Assembly (NCBI GenBank): GCA_965644315.1
Contig: CBFFRQ010000032.1
Location: 186,001 to 250,000 of the forward strand
Reading direction: 5' to 3'
Source of the DNA: Caecitellus pseudoparvulus
Lineage: Eukaryota; Protista; Bigyra: Bicosoecida
DNA length: 64,000 nucleotides
In this document: positions 10,236-21,088 of the stretch, one piece after another
How positions within the stretch are numbered: position 1 is the first letter of the stretch
Layout: each line of letters begins with the position of its first letter
Notes under the pieces: generated by a model
The model's input: the letters and a program-made list of their open reading frames with translations, nothing else
The model's database searches: none
What the model was told of the DNA's origin: nothing
Made by a program: the position numbers and the translations under genes

Positions 10236-12743
10236 ATGCTGCGATTTGCATTGTCTCCACTGCACAGGCGCCTGCGGCCTGCAGTTTCAGTCGCGTGGAG
10301 CTTGGCAGCTTTGGGAGCGCAAAGCAATTTCCGCGTTCCAGCAGGCGTTGCTGACGGCCCTCCCTTTTCCACGACGAGCAATGCCCCGCTCCTGGCCACC
10401 ATCCACGCCTACGTATCGAGTGTCCGCAAGCAGCTTCGTCTGGCTGCTTTTGACGCTTCTCCTCGTGATGCAGTGCAGGCAGCTGTCGGCCCGTCAGGCT
10501 GGCGCTCGGTGGGCTTGCTGGATGCAGCTGTGGCCGCCCAAGCAATGACGCAGCACGGCCGCGGAAGCTTGCGAGGGCAGGAGACCTTCGAAGGAATGCT
10601 TGTCCACACAGAGCACCTTCTGCAGGCTCTGCTTGACCAACCCCTCAAGCACTGGTGCATGCATCGCTTGGCACCGGTGGAAGTATCAGCGCTGGTCACG
10701 GCAGGTGTGAGAGAGGCTCCCACGCCACAGGCGCTGGGCCACCTGATAGCAGGCGCCGCAGGCATTGCAGGCGCGCTGAATCGCCTGCCTGACATGCTCC
10801 CTCGCGACCTGGCGCTGTACAGGGCTCTCAACTCCCTACTCACACGGGTGTGTGCGCCTGTGAGCAGGTCAGCTGCATCTGCCCGCGCCTGGCGAGAGGG
10901 TGTGGCTTGTCAACCAGAAGTCATGCAGCATGCAGTTGCACTGGCGTTTCGCCTGGTGGCCAGTGGAGCTTGGAGTGATGCCGCCATGGCGGGCCTGGGG
11001 GGCTGCCTCGACACCTTCATCCGTCGGACGGCCCAGCGGCTGCAAGAACATGCTGCAAGGTCAAAGGAGGCCTCCTTGCCTGAGTTTGGTCTGGTGGACA
11101 TCAGCACGGCAATGGAGGGGGCCCATGTGCTGTGCGCGGCAGGTGCTCCCAACGCACTGTCTCCTGCCGGGTGGGCGGGGTTGCTGGACCTCGCATCGCA
11201 CTTGCAGCAGACGTCAGTCCCAGCCAAGCTGTCCTCGGTGACTCGCCAGGAAGTGGGCAGCTCTGCACAGCAGGCATGGTTTGGCTCGGCAGCTGCGTCT
11301 GCCAGTGTGGAGGACGTGTGGGACGTAGAGGATGTGCGCGCTGCCAGTGACGGCGCAGAGCCTGAAGTCCTGGGCGCATGGAACGACCTGCTGGCGAGCA
11401 CCGAGTCACTGGGCACGGCAGAGGACATGGCTCTCGCCAAGGCAGCCCCACTTCCTCAGTTGCCCCGTGTCCCCAGCACTGCGCCGGCTGCCGCCTGGAG
11501 CCGACTGTACTCCGACACCAAGCCACGCACAGACCCCCTGACGGCTGCCCGTGCATCGGCGCACCACGTGCTGCTGTTCCTGCAGCACGTTCCTGTAGAC
11601 AACTTGGCAGAGGTGGCGGTCATGGCACGCGCTCTCTCTGCGCAGCGCTGCTTCGGGGAAGCCGCCCAGGCGCAGGCTGGCCCAGGGAGCAGCACACCCG
11701 CATCACAGGCCGCCCTGCTGGAGGCAGCGCGCATGGCACACCTGCAGCCTCCACACGCCCTGGCACTGCGGGACAGTGCTGTGGCGCACACCAGTGCAGA
11801 GACCTCTGGCGCTCGTCTGGCAGCCCAGGCGATGCCCCAAGGCCGCAGACGACGACCCGCGCACGCTCACAGGACAGCCACAGCGCACACGCCATGCTTG
11901 GCTGGTGGCTACCCAGTGGCAGCGGTGTGGCAGGCCCCTGTGCGGGCAGCTGTGGAGCTGGTGCACGCTGGCACGCATGCGCAGCGACGTCCCGACACGG
12001 CAGCTGACTTGCAGTGGGTCGCCCCACACAGCCCTCTGCACGAAGAGCGCCGTCGCTGCCGCGCGCGCCAGTTGGCAAGCGAAGCCACCGCTCGTCAGGC
12101 AGCAGCCACGCCCGGCGTGCCCCAGGCTCGCGCCCTGGACTACGGTGTGCCGCTGGCTGCTCTGCTAGGGCAGGCGGGGGGAGCTGCCGGGCCGTCACAG
12201 GCTTCGCAGCAGCTACAGCTGCCCAAGGCCAGTCGACGCAGCTGGAAGGCGCTTGGTACACCTGGCACTCCCAGGCAACTGCACCATGCACCGCCACCGG
12301 CTGTCTGCGCTGTTGACTGTGCAGCCTTGCCTGCCATCGGCGATTCAGCGCGAGATGCAAGCCAGCCCTCTCTCCTCACGCCCCTTGCCCCGCCAGCTGC
12401 CCCTTCCAGCTCTGCGCTGGGACTGCAGCGGGAGGCGGCACTCCAAGCTGGGCGCAGCGCCGCGCAGACGTCCCTGGCTGGCTGGACTGCGGCGCTGCCC
12501 CCTGCCGTCGGCAAGGACGTCGCCTCCACGGGCTTGGAGAGTGCGGAGGTCGCCTTCCTCGCAGAGCGTGCGCGGGTGCTGGAGCCCTTCACTGCCCTGC
12601 GCCGGAGGGTTCAACTGGCGCAAGGCCTGCACGTCGTGTCCCTCCCTGTGGACGCCTGGCGCTCCATCTCCGCACGCCGCAGGGCAGCCTACCTTCGTAT
12701 GCTGCTGCCAGATGCGCTGCACGGCTCGGGTCACAAGCACTGA
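10236..12743 (+). CDS. RAP-domain (FASTK-like) protein, probably mitochondrial
   Basis: ATG 10236 starts a presequence-like MLRFALSPLHRRLRPAVS. C-terminal FTALRRRVQLAQGLHVVSLPVDAWRSISARRRAAYLRMLL fits the RAP consensus T.L+.R.L...G..VV.+P...W......+..YL..LL. Confidence 0.75.
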   Translation: MLRFALSPLHRRLRPAVSVAWSLAALGAQSNFRVPAGVADGPPFSTTSNAPLLATIHAYVSSVRKQLRLAAFDASPRDAVQAAVGPSGWRSVGLLDAAVAAQAMTQHGRGSLRGQETFEGMLVHTEHLLQALLDQPLKHWCMHRLAPVEVSALVTAGVREAPTPQALGHLIAGAAGIAGALNRLPDMLPRDLALYRALNSLLTRVCAPVSRSAASARAWREGVACQPEVMQHAVALAFRLVASGAWSDAAMAGLGGCLDTFIRRTAQRLQEHAARSKEASLPEFGLVDISTAMEGAHVLCAAGAPNALSPAGWAGLLDLASHLQQTSVPAKLSSVTRQEVGSSAQQAWFGSAAASASVEDVWDVEDVRAASDGAEPEVLGAWNDLLASTESLGTAEDMALAKAAPLPQLPRVPSTAPAAAWSRLYSDTKPRTDPLTAARASAHHVLLFLQHVPVDNLAEVAVMARALSAQRCFGEAAQAQAGPGSSTPASQAALLEAARMAHLQPPHALALRDSAVAHTSAETSGARLAAQAMPQGRRRRPAHAHRTATAHTPCLAGGYPVAAVWQAPVRAAVELVHAGTHAQRRPDTAADLQWVAPHSPLHEERRRCRARQLASEATARQAAATPGVPQARALDYGVPLAALLGQAGGAAGPSQASQQLQLPKASRRSWKALGTPGTPRQLHHAPPPAVCAVDCAALPAIGDSARDASQPSLLTPLAPPAAPSSSALGLQREAALQAGRSAAQTSLAGWTAALPPAVGKDVASTGLESAEVAFLAERARVLEPFTALRRRVQLAQGLHVVSLPVDAWRSISARRRAAYLRMLLPDALHGSGHKH

Positions 12744-12798
12744 TCCGCCAAGTCGATGGAATGCATTGCCGTGCCACCTGGGCAGGGGAAGCAAGGCT

Positions 12799-15700
12799 CT
12801 ACTCCGCTGGCTGCTGCAACATACCCTGCAGCGCCTTCCAGAGGCCTGCACTCCAGGCCCCTAGCGCTTGAGCATGGGGCCCAAGCGCCCCCACTGCCGA
12901 CGTCAAGTGCCGTGACACAGCCTCCGACGCAGCTGCTGTCTTCTTCACCTGCCGCCCCAACCAAGCGCCTGCGACGTGCCCAGCAGAGGCCAGCGCTGAA
13001 GGGGCACCTGCCGAGCTGGTCGCAGACGACGCGTGGGTGGACCACTGCCCCGCCCACGCAACAGGCGCTTCCCGCTCCCAACGAAAAGCTGGGAGGAGCG
13101 TGGACAGGCCACTGGACGGAGGGCCATCAGTCGTCGCCGGGGTGCTGGAGGGCAAGTGGATGTGCAAGCGGCAGTGGGGCTGGAGGCTGACTGCCAAGTG
13201 CTCGGGTGTGTGGCGTGCGGCAGGCTTCGAAGGGGCGGCACCGGCTGGCTGAGGGACACCTGCTGCCTGGGGTCCAGCCGCCTTGTGCAGGCGAACACTG
13301 GCACCCCACGCATCAGGCTGCAAGGATACGTGTACGTGTGGCACGGCGAGGGAAATGGACGTGTGGGTACTAGTGGCAGCTTGCAGTGCCTTGGCCGTCG
13401 CCAGGTCGTGCGCTGGGCCAAGTATGGCTTGGCCCAGGGGCAAGTTGACTTGCCTTGGCGCGACCGGGGACACCTGTGCGAACTGCAGAGCGGGGTGGGG
13501 CAACTGTCCCCGCAGTGGCTCCGAGGTGCTCGCAGGCGCACACTGCAGCAGGGCGTGCACTCGGTGAGCGGGGCCTGCCTTGGTAGGGTCTCGAAGGTGC
13601 GCGAGGGAGGGGGTGAGGGCCAGGACGTGGCCACCTTGCGGCAGTTCCACTCCACACAAGGTTACTGTCCCAAGGCTCTCACCCCCCTCACACACGTTGA
13701 ACTGCGCGAGGTTCAGCGCCAAGCTGGAGATGCTGGCCACGACCCCGTTCCGAGACGCCTCAAATGAAGCATGCACGCGAGAATCCGCCCTCACGACCGG
13801 GGCGGCTGCTGCCTCACCCTCCGCACCCGCAGCTGTCGCTGGGAGGGGAGGAGCTAGAGTTGACAGGTCGTCGCTGGACGGCCTGCGACCATGGTGGCCC
13901 TCGTTTACTCGGACGCCCTTGCCCAGTCCGCCAGGCAGGTCCGCCTCGGAGGGCACGAGCAATACATCCACACTGCACGCAACTGCCACGCACTGCACCT
14001 GGCAGACTGTCCGGGCCGTTGATGGGCCGGTGCCCATCCGGGCAGCGTGAGAAGCTGCCAGCTGCTGCACTGGCGCGCTGGCTGCAGTGGCGGCGGAGGC
14101 TACGGAAGGAACCGCTGCCGTGGCGCGAGGTGGGCCCATAGTTACGATGGTCGGAGGTTGCAGGCTCAGACGCTGCCTGCGTGGCACTCCAGCCCATGCC
14201 AGCGTGCTGGCCGGTGCATGGCCGTACCTGTGCGTGCGAAGTGCGGCCGGCAACACGCAAGCAAAAGCCGAGCAGCTGACCGGTACGCCCGCGCTGTCAC
14301 CACCTGCCAGTGTGTGCAGCGGGTGTTGCGCACCATCTGCACAGGGGACACTGAACGTGGCATGTGCCGCCCCGTCCTCGCTGGCAGCCCCGCCTGTTGC
14401 CGCCGGGAAATAGTCCGCTCTCAGTTGCAGGGCGGCTGTCATTGCTCCGGTGGGCTCCTCGGGCCTCCCCAGAGCTGGAGCATCTGACGGAGCCGTAGGG
14501 GGCTTCATAGGAACGGCCTTCTGCTCAGCGCTGGATCTGCTTGCCAAGACCTGTGCCAGCCCGCCGGGGATGCAGGCTGCCGCAATGCTGCCGGCGGGGG
14601 ATGGATCCACCGCCGCGCTCTGAGGCCAGCGCAGGCGAACCCCCCCCCCTCTCGCAGGTGCCAAGGTGCTCGCTCCCTCAGCGGGCTTCGAGCCACTGGC
14701 CAAGTGCTTCACACAAGCGAGCAGCGCCGTGGCAGAGGCAGGCGTCATCGCCGCCAGGAGATGCCCACCCCGCAAGAATATGCTTGTGAGGTACCGCCCC
14801 TCGAAGCCCCTGACCGCTTCGTACACAATGCTACAGTGCAGAGACGACAATGTCATGCACTGTGTGGGGGCCAAGGACGCAAACCAAGCAGCCAAGGAGC
14901 CCTCGGCCTGCACGTGGCGATGCAGCATGGATGCCAGGGACTGCCCGTCAAGTACTGGCACGGCGAGGTGCGATAGCCGCGCCTCATTCACTGCCAGAGT
15001 GTAGGAAGCTCCTGCTTGAGTGTCGTCCGCTGCCAGTGGCGTCAGCACCTCCAGGGTGGCGGAGTCCAGGGTCAACAGAGCGCCTCGCCCAGCTGGGCCG
15101 GTGAAGAGCAATGGGCATCCACGGGCGGTCAGTGACACAAGCAGCGGCGACGTTGGCCCAGCTGCAGACTGCACACCATCAGGCGGAACTGCCACCGACT
15201 TGGAGGGCAGCACGCCTGGTAGGGCAGCAAGCAGGGGCTGTAGCCACTGCTCATCGTGCACATCCAGCAGCAGGACCTCCTCCAGAGCCACCACCACATG
15301 ACTGCCTTCGGGAATGCCTTGCCCAGCAGCAGGCGTGGAACCGAGCTGCAGCCGCACAGCTGCCTCGCAAGTGTCCGACTGACGGTGGCCACCCCCCTGT
15401 GCGATGAGGCTGCCTGAGTGAGCCAGTGTGAACCCCCCGGCTGATGCACGCCAAGATGGGGACACTGTCGCGGCCCGCCCTGCTGACACTCTGGGAGGTG
15501 CCGCAGCGGGGTCGAAGGGGGTGTGTGGCGCACTTTCTGGCAGGTATTCCCCCTGCAGGATGGACTGCACGAGGACATGTGACAGTGTCAAGTCGTAAAG
15601 TGCGTCGGCCACGCCCAAACAGAGAGCCGCACCTGGCCCTGCCTCCTGTGCAACGAGGGGTGGTGCCACGCACTGCACGCTTACCCGCTGTGACGCGATG

Positions 15701-18486
15701 CGGTAAGCCGTGACACTGCGAATGGCGCTGGACTTGGTCGGTCTGGCTGCCTTTTGCGCCAGTGCTGCGCGGAGGGCTCGGATGTGCGGCATGGCGGCAT
15801 CCGCCAGTCCTCGTGCCGAAGCCATGTTCAGTGTCACTTGCACTTGGGAAGGCTGGATGAGCCAGGAGTATTCCAAGTCCACTGCAGGGCTCCCAGGTGC
15901 CAAGTCAGGGAGTTTTGCCCGAAGGCAGAACAGGTTGGGAACAGGGCTGCCACTTGGTCCATGCTGGGACACGCCGGAGGGCAGTGACAGAGTTGCGCTG
16001 GCAGCTTTGGCACCAGCTTGGTTCGAGAGCACGACATGAGCCTCATCCAGCGTCACAGCCACGAGCACGGCCCTGGACGTGCCACCACACACGCGAAGGC
16101 CGTGCACAGCGGCCTTCACAGTGCCCACTCCCTGCCCCAGACACGTGGCGGTGACAGGCTTCCCCAGCGAGACCCCCCAACGAAGGGATGGGTGCAAGAT
16201 GTCCTCCACTGGCGCTTCAGACAATGGCCAGGCAGCAACGAGGGCTTGCGCTGTCTCCACCACACAGACTACGTCGGGCACTTGCGCCACAAGGTTCAGC
16301 TCGCGATGCACCACCACATCCAGCCGCCACTGCTGTGCGCCTATGGCGTCACCGGGAGGAGCGAGGGAGAGAGAGATGGCGTGCGGTAGGCCAGGCACAT
16401 GCGGGGCGGACAGGATGTCGGCGGCGTGAGCGCCCACTGCCCCCCCTGCAGCCCGCCAGGCGGAGACGCAGACGTCCCCGACGCCGATCGTGAGCAGGGG
16501 TAGACTTGCCTGCGCAGTCTGGGCTAGCGCGGCTCGCGCACTGATGTACTTCAGCTTTGCGCACAGTGGGGCCGCGTTCAGCTCCAGCTCCAGCACAGAA
16601 ACGGCTAAAAAAATGCCAGGCTGCCACTTTTCAGGTGCGGCGGGGGGCGACGATGCCGCCGAATCTGCAGCAGTGGCTTCGGAAACTCCTGTGTCTGCCT
16701 GCTGCGCTGGCTCAAAGGCTGACATGGCTTGCAGGCCTGCCTGCACGCGCTCTTGAGCAGCAAATGCCCCTGCCTCAATGCTGGGAAGGTAGTCCGGTGA
16801 AAAGGAGTGCTCGAGCTCGACGCGGCTGCCGCGCCGCTGCTGTGGCGTGGGCTTGGCGATTGGGGGGGGTGCTTCACTGGACTCCTGCACGGGGCGCAGG
16901 GACGAGAGGAAGGAGGCAGCAGCTGCAGTTTCAGCCACCGCCTCCTTCGCTGCGACACCTCGCCCCGCGCCGGCGCTAGCGCTTGGCGTGCTGCTTCCAG
17001 GCTCGTCAGCACCGGGCTCCGGCCAAAACCCACTGCGAGCTAGCTGCAGCCGCACTGCTGACCAGGACTGGGAAATGTGGGGGGGTGCGATCGGCGCTGG
17101 TTCGGGGTCCGGGCTGGCTTCCCGCAGCTCGCCGTGCACGTCTGGAAGGCTGGACAGGAAGCCAGACACAGCCACTGCCTCCTGGGGTGGCGGCGTGTCC
17201 TCTGTGCCGGGCTGCCCCAGCACGTCCCCTGCCAGGGCCAGCGAGTGCAGGAGGCTGGAGCCTGCGGCAGTGCGAAAGGATGCGGCAAGGGAGGCCTGCA
17301 CGGCCGACAGCTGGGCTGGGGAGGGTGTCTCGCCTGTCAAGCCCTGTGCAACGCTCTGCAGATCATGCTGCAGGGACGCCGCGAGGTCTATCCTGTACAC
17401 CTCACGGCCGCCGCTCGCCCGGGAGGCAGCAGCGCTGCTGGGACTGAGTGGGCTGCTGGGGCCGGTGGAAGGCGGTGTGGTGGAAACCGGTGAGTCAAAG
17501 CCACCCTCGCTCCACTGTGCCGTCGCAAACATGTCCATGGGGGAGGCTGCATCCAAAGCATGTCGTACTGACGCTGCTAATGGGCTTGCCAGGGAGGGCG
17601 GGGCGGGCGCTGCGTGAAGAATCCTGTGCAGGGCCTTGACGTTGCCTGGAGTCAGGTGCAGGTTGATGCTGGGCAGGTTCAGCTCCACATCCACCCTGGA
17701 CGAAGCCCGCTCCGCAGTGGGGGCTGTGTGGGTGAGGAGGGCCTCCGCCGAGCCAGTCATGTTCAGCAGGCGCCCCTCCCCTTCCACAGACTGGCTCAAG
17801 ACCTGTACCGAGAAGCCCTGGCCCAGCAGCAAGCGCCACTTGGAGCGCAGGCAGGTGATAGGCTGCTGTGACATAGACAGGAACTGCTCGTGCAGCATGG
17901 ACGCCCCCATGGCTGACGATGGCGCCTGGGGGGGCGGCACAGTCGCCAGCTCGCGCACCTGCAACAGTGCGCTGGAGCATTCAGGAATGACGAGGACCAG
18001 GCTGCCAGCTGGAGACTTCAAGCGAATGCGAGAGTTCCTCAATGTGACCCTCAGCTGCCGCAGGGCAGCATCGATGGTGCTTTGCAGCATGGCCAGGATC
18101 GGGCCAGCTGCCGAGCTGCCTGGCGGTGCAGCGTCGCTGGCACCTGAGCCAGCAGGTTTGGTTTGGGCAGCATGTGTGGCCGTCGTCGAGGGGGCGATGC
18201 GCAGCTCGACATCCAAGTTGTCAACCGAAATACTTAGGTCTGCAGACACTGTGAGCTTCTGCAAACGAGCAGATGTGACTTGGATGGGGGCTGGGGCTGG
18301 GATGAGTGCCTGCAGAGCCGGGCTGTGAAACGCTAGGCCTTCCACCAGGCCACTGCCGCTATCTGGGCAGATGGACACTGCTGAGCTGGGAAGCGGCTCT
18401 AGCAGCAGGGATCCTATGGAGGAGGCGACGACATAGTGAAACGCCTTGCGCTTGAGCTCTGTGCTGAGCCCGACAAGCCACTCCAT
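12799..18486 (-). CDS. ATG2: Autophagy-related protein 2-like bridge lipid-transfer protein (divergent)
   Basis: Chorein_N-type start (LKRKAFHYVVASSIGSLLLEPL...PIQVTSARLQKLTVS...VDNLDVELR), followed by LQSTIDAALRQLRVTLRNSRIRL as in ATG2. Beta-rich body; the length (1895 aa) is typical. Confidence 0.7.
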   Translation of the reverse strand: MEWLVGLSTELKRKAFHYVVASSIGSLLLEPLPSSAVSICPDSGSGLVEGLAFHSPALQALIPAPAPIQVTSARLQKLTVSADLSISVDNLDVELRIAPSTTATHAAQTKPAGSGASDAAPPGSSAAGPILAMLQSTIDAALRQLRVTLRNSRIRLKSPAGSLVLVIPECSSALLQVRELATVPPPQAPSSAMGASMLHEQFLSMSQQPITCLRSKWRLLLGQGFSVQVLSQSVEGEGRLLNMTGSAEALLTHTAPTAERASSRVDVELNLPSINLHLTPGNVKALHRILHAAPAPPSLASPLAASVRHALDAASPMDMFATAQWSEGGFDSPVSTTPPSTGPSSPLSPSSAAASRASGGREVYRIDLAASLQHDLQSVAQGLTGETPSPAQLSAVQASLAASFRTAAGSSLLHSLALAGDVLGQPGTEDTPPPQEAVAVSGFLSSLPDVHGELREASPDPEPAPIAPPHISQSWSAVRLQLARSGFWPEPGADEPGSSTPSASAGAGRGVAAKEAVAETAAAASFLSSLRPVQESSEAPPPIAKPTPQQRRGSRVELEHSFSPDYLPSIEAGAFAAQERVQAGLQAMSAFEPAQQADTGVSEATAADSAASSPPAAPEKWQPGIFLAVSVLELELNAAPLCAKLKYISARAALAQTAQASLPLLTIGVGDVCVSAWRAAGGAVGAHAADILSAPHVPGLPHAISLSLAPPGDAIGAQQWRLDVVVHRELNLVAQVPDVVCVVETAQALVAAWPLSEAPVEDILHPSLRWGVSLGKPVTATCLGQGVGTVKAAVHGLRVCGGTSRAVLVAVTLDEAHVVLSNQAGAKAASATLSLPSGVSQHGPSGSPVPNLFCLRAKLPDLAPGSPAVDLEYSWLIQPSQVQVTLNMASARGLADAAMPHIRALRAALAQKAARPTKSSAIRSVTAYRIASQRVSVQCVAPPLVAQEAGPGAALCLGVADALYDLTLSHVLVQSILQGEYLPESAPHTPFDPAAAPPRVSAGRAATVSPSWRASAGGFTLAHSGSLIAQGGGHRQSDTCEAAVRLQLGSTPAAGQGIPEGSHVVVALEEVLLLDVHDEQWLQPLLAALPGVLPSKSVAVPPDGVQSAAGPTSPLLVSLTARGCPLLFTGPAGRGALLTLDSATLEVLTPLAADDTQAGASYTLAVNEARLSHLAVPVLDGQSLASMLHRHVQAEGSLAAWFASLAPTQCMTLSSLHCSIVYEAVRGFEGRYLTSIFLRGGHLLAAMTPASATALLACVKHLASGSKPAEGASTLAPARGGGVRLRWPQSAAVDPSPAGSIAAACIPGGLAQVLASRSSAEQKAVPMKPPTAPSDAPALGRPEEPTGAMTAALQLRADYFPAATGGAASEDGAAHATFSVPCADGAQHPLHTLAGGDSAGVPVSCSAFACVLPAALRTHRYGHAPASTLAWAGVPRRQRLSLQPPTIVTMGPPRATAAVPSVASAATAASAPVQQLAASHAARMGTGPSTARTVCQVQCVAVACSVDVLLVPSEADLPGGLGKGVRVNEGHHGRRPSSDDLSTLAPPLPATAAGAEGEAAAAPVVRADSRVHASFEASRNGVVASISSLALNLAQFNVCEGGESLGTVTLCGVELPQGGHVLALTPSLAHLRDPTKAGPAHRVHALLQCAPASTSEPLRGQLPHPALQFAQVSPVAPRQVNLPLGQAILGPAHDLATAKALQAATSTHTSISLAVPHVHVSLQPDAWGASVRLHKAAGPQAAGVPQPAGAAPSKPAARHTPEHLAVSLQPHCRLHIHLPSSTPATTDGPPSSGLSTLLPAFRWEREAPVAWAGQWSTHASSATSSAGAPSALASAGHVAGAWLGRQVKKTAAASEAVSRHLTSAVGALGPHAQALGAWSAGLWKALQGMLQQPAE

Positions 18487-18626
18487 CAGCGTTTCAGATT
18501 CACCGTGAAACGCGAGGAAGGCGCAGGAGGCCAGCCACGGAACTGCAAGACGAGTGGGCCGTCAAAGGCCGGTACGAAGCGCAGAGGGGGGGCATGAATT
18601 CTTCAAGTTAGCCTAGTGTCGTACCC

Positions 18627-20467
18627 TCATTTTGCCCGGGCCATGTGCATGCCGCCCTCATGTGCCTTGCGTGGGCTGCCAGAGCGTGAGGCCAAGCCGC
18701 CCTTGGCAAAACTTCCGCCAAGCGAGGCGCCTGCCTGGCCCCCATACCGTGAGAGCCCCCCCCACGAAGCAGCCATGCTAGAGGGCGGGGGGTAGCTTCC
18801 AACAATCGCACCAGCCCCGGCGATGGGGATGCTGCTACTGGCGTGTGTGTGGGCAGGTGGCTTGCGGGGCGTCGTGGCGAAGACGTCAGACAGGGACTTC
18901 TTCAGCACATCCACGTTGTAGGCCACCAATCCCCGTTGCTCCAAAGCATCTGTGCAAAGGGAATTGAGTGTGAACGACGGACTTCTCTGCGTTTCGCCCG
19001 GCCCAAGGTACGCACCCTGCTTCAGCAAGCACACGACGGCCACAGATGGCGACACCTGGCGCAGGAACAGCGCCATGCCATTTCCCAGACAAATGGAGCT
19101 CTCGCTCTGAGAGTCGAACGCGAACGACTCTGCGAAGTCGCTGAAGGGGCCCGCCTCTTCCTGTAGCACAGCCGTGGAAGTGGGCCCCGTGCCGCCTCCG
19201 TTAATGCTGCCTGTGTCGGCCAGTGCCCCCGGCGGCGCGGCCACGTCATCCAAGTCCTCTGGCGGTGGGCCGTAAATGCACGAGATGTCTACGATGACGT
19301 CCAGCATGTCAGAGCACAGCTCGTGGGTGTGCTCGTCCATGGGCGACGAGTCCGTTGCGAGGTACAGCTTGGACACGACGTCGCACAAGAACGCCTTCTC
19401 GGCATCGCACATGCGCACAAAGGTGTCCAGCAGCCCAACAAGAGTTGGGAGCTGCGGCAGCATCTTCTGCACCACCCGGGAGAAGGCCTCAAAGACGCTG
19501 TGGTCATAGATGGAGGTCTGGTGGTACGTGAGCATGTGGGACAGCACACCACCCGCCATGAGCTCTTGCTCGACTTGACCCTGGAAGCGTGCATGGGACT
19601 CTGTGCGTGGATAGGCAGTAGGGAGAGCGGTGCACGGCAGTGGCAGAGCCCTGGCCCAAAGCCTGCTCACCTGCTCGGTGCTCCATTGACTGGAACAAGT
19701 CACCGTCCATCTTGTGCACAAAGACCTCAATAGGGACGTCTGGGGCCATGGTGCTTGCTTTCAGCACGATGGAATGCAGCAGCTCGATTGCGTGCGTGTA
19801 GGGGGCATCCTGAGCGTCCATGACGAAGACGATGGCCGAGGCGCGGGCGAAGAGCTCCTCCTCGGTGAACTGGCGCCCATCGACGATGGCGCCTTCTGCG
19901 CAAGGAGAGAGGCAAGGGCACCAAAGACATCCTCAACGTGTCACGCTTTGCGTCAGGTGTCAGGCTTAGCGTCGCACCTTCCATGGGGTAGTCTCCAGGG
20001 AAGTCCCAGATCTCCAGCTTGGCCCAGGAGTTGTACGCCAGCAGCTTCACCTCAGGGCCAGGAGCCGCGGGGTCCGAGCCAGTGGCAGTCAGAAAGAGAG
20101 TCTCATGAGGTGACATCTTGTGGAACACAACGCGTTGGATCGAAGTCTTCCCAGACCTGCGGGTGGCCGAGACAAGCATGGCGGCCGTAGTGCAGTGCAC
20201 TTGGGCGAGGTGGGACATGCTCGCCCACACACCTGTGTGCGCCTACAAGCAGGACAGTTTTAACATTCTTCGGTTTCCCTGGATCCGATGTGTGTTGGCG
20301 CCTGGAATCAGTCCCCAAGCGCTCTGCCCCGCTGCAGTGAAAAGGGAAAGGATGGTGCACTGGTGCGCACGGCGGACAGGCGGAAGCTTGCCTTACCCAG
20401 ACACTTGCTGCTGACCACCATCCACGGGGGGCTGGTAGTACCTGCCACTAATGTCCGCTTCCGCCAT
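18627..20467 (-). CDS. RRAGC: Rag GTPase RagC/RagD (Gtr2), multi-exon (about 5 introns, first 20332-20396)
   Basis: Spliced product contains LLVGAHR|SGKTSIQRVVFHKMSPHETLFL, IWDFPG, EVFVHKMDG, TSIYDHSVFEAFSRVVQK and AFLCDVVSKLYLATDSSP. ATG 20467 splices in frame. Confidence 0.93.
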
Positions 20468-21088
20468 ATCCAGCGCTCTGCCCACGGCCTGATACGAGGC
20501 TTACCACAACGAACGGCAGATTTTCTCGATCCTGCGAAAGCAAACCCGGCACGAGGCTGCGAAAGTGCCGCGGCGGCTAATTTTCGATTGAATCACAATG
20601 GAAAGCTCAGTACAAGGGCGGTATTTCCGTGCTACGTTGTAGGTCAGCCACTTAGTTTTGCCGCAGTCAAGTGTCTTCGAGTAGCCAGGTGGCAGTGGCA
20701 GAACAGACCCTCAGCCGGCAGCAACGCTACAGGGGCTGACAAATGTTTGCTATGCAGGCTTGAAAACGAAGGGAGCGGCTGCCTCGAGCCATCTTGCGAG
20801 CTGTGCGCAACTGGGAAGCTCAGGACCATTCATTCGACTGAAAAGGACTCCGCCCAAGCGCAGTCCGCGAGGGTCCTCCACATTCTCTTTGATTCAAAGC
20901 ATGGGCCACCTGCAGCATGTTGCAGTAGCTCAAAAGAGGGGTGCAGAACTCCAAAGCATCCTCTTCAGGGGCTGAAAGGTGGACAAGGGAACGGCCTGGA
21001 GGCTCTCAGGCCTGACTGTCGTCACTGCGCGTTCCCGTTGACGCGCTTCTCCAGCTACACTGACGTGGGGGTCACAGAAGCCCGAGGC

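Noticed and set aside
20288-21088. 267-aa N-terminal extension of the giant ORF
   Set aside because: It uses a non-ATG start, overlaps RagC exons 1-2 on the other strand and precedes a clear signal peptide; more likely promoter/5' UTR.
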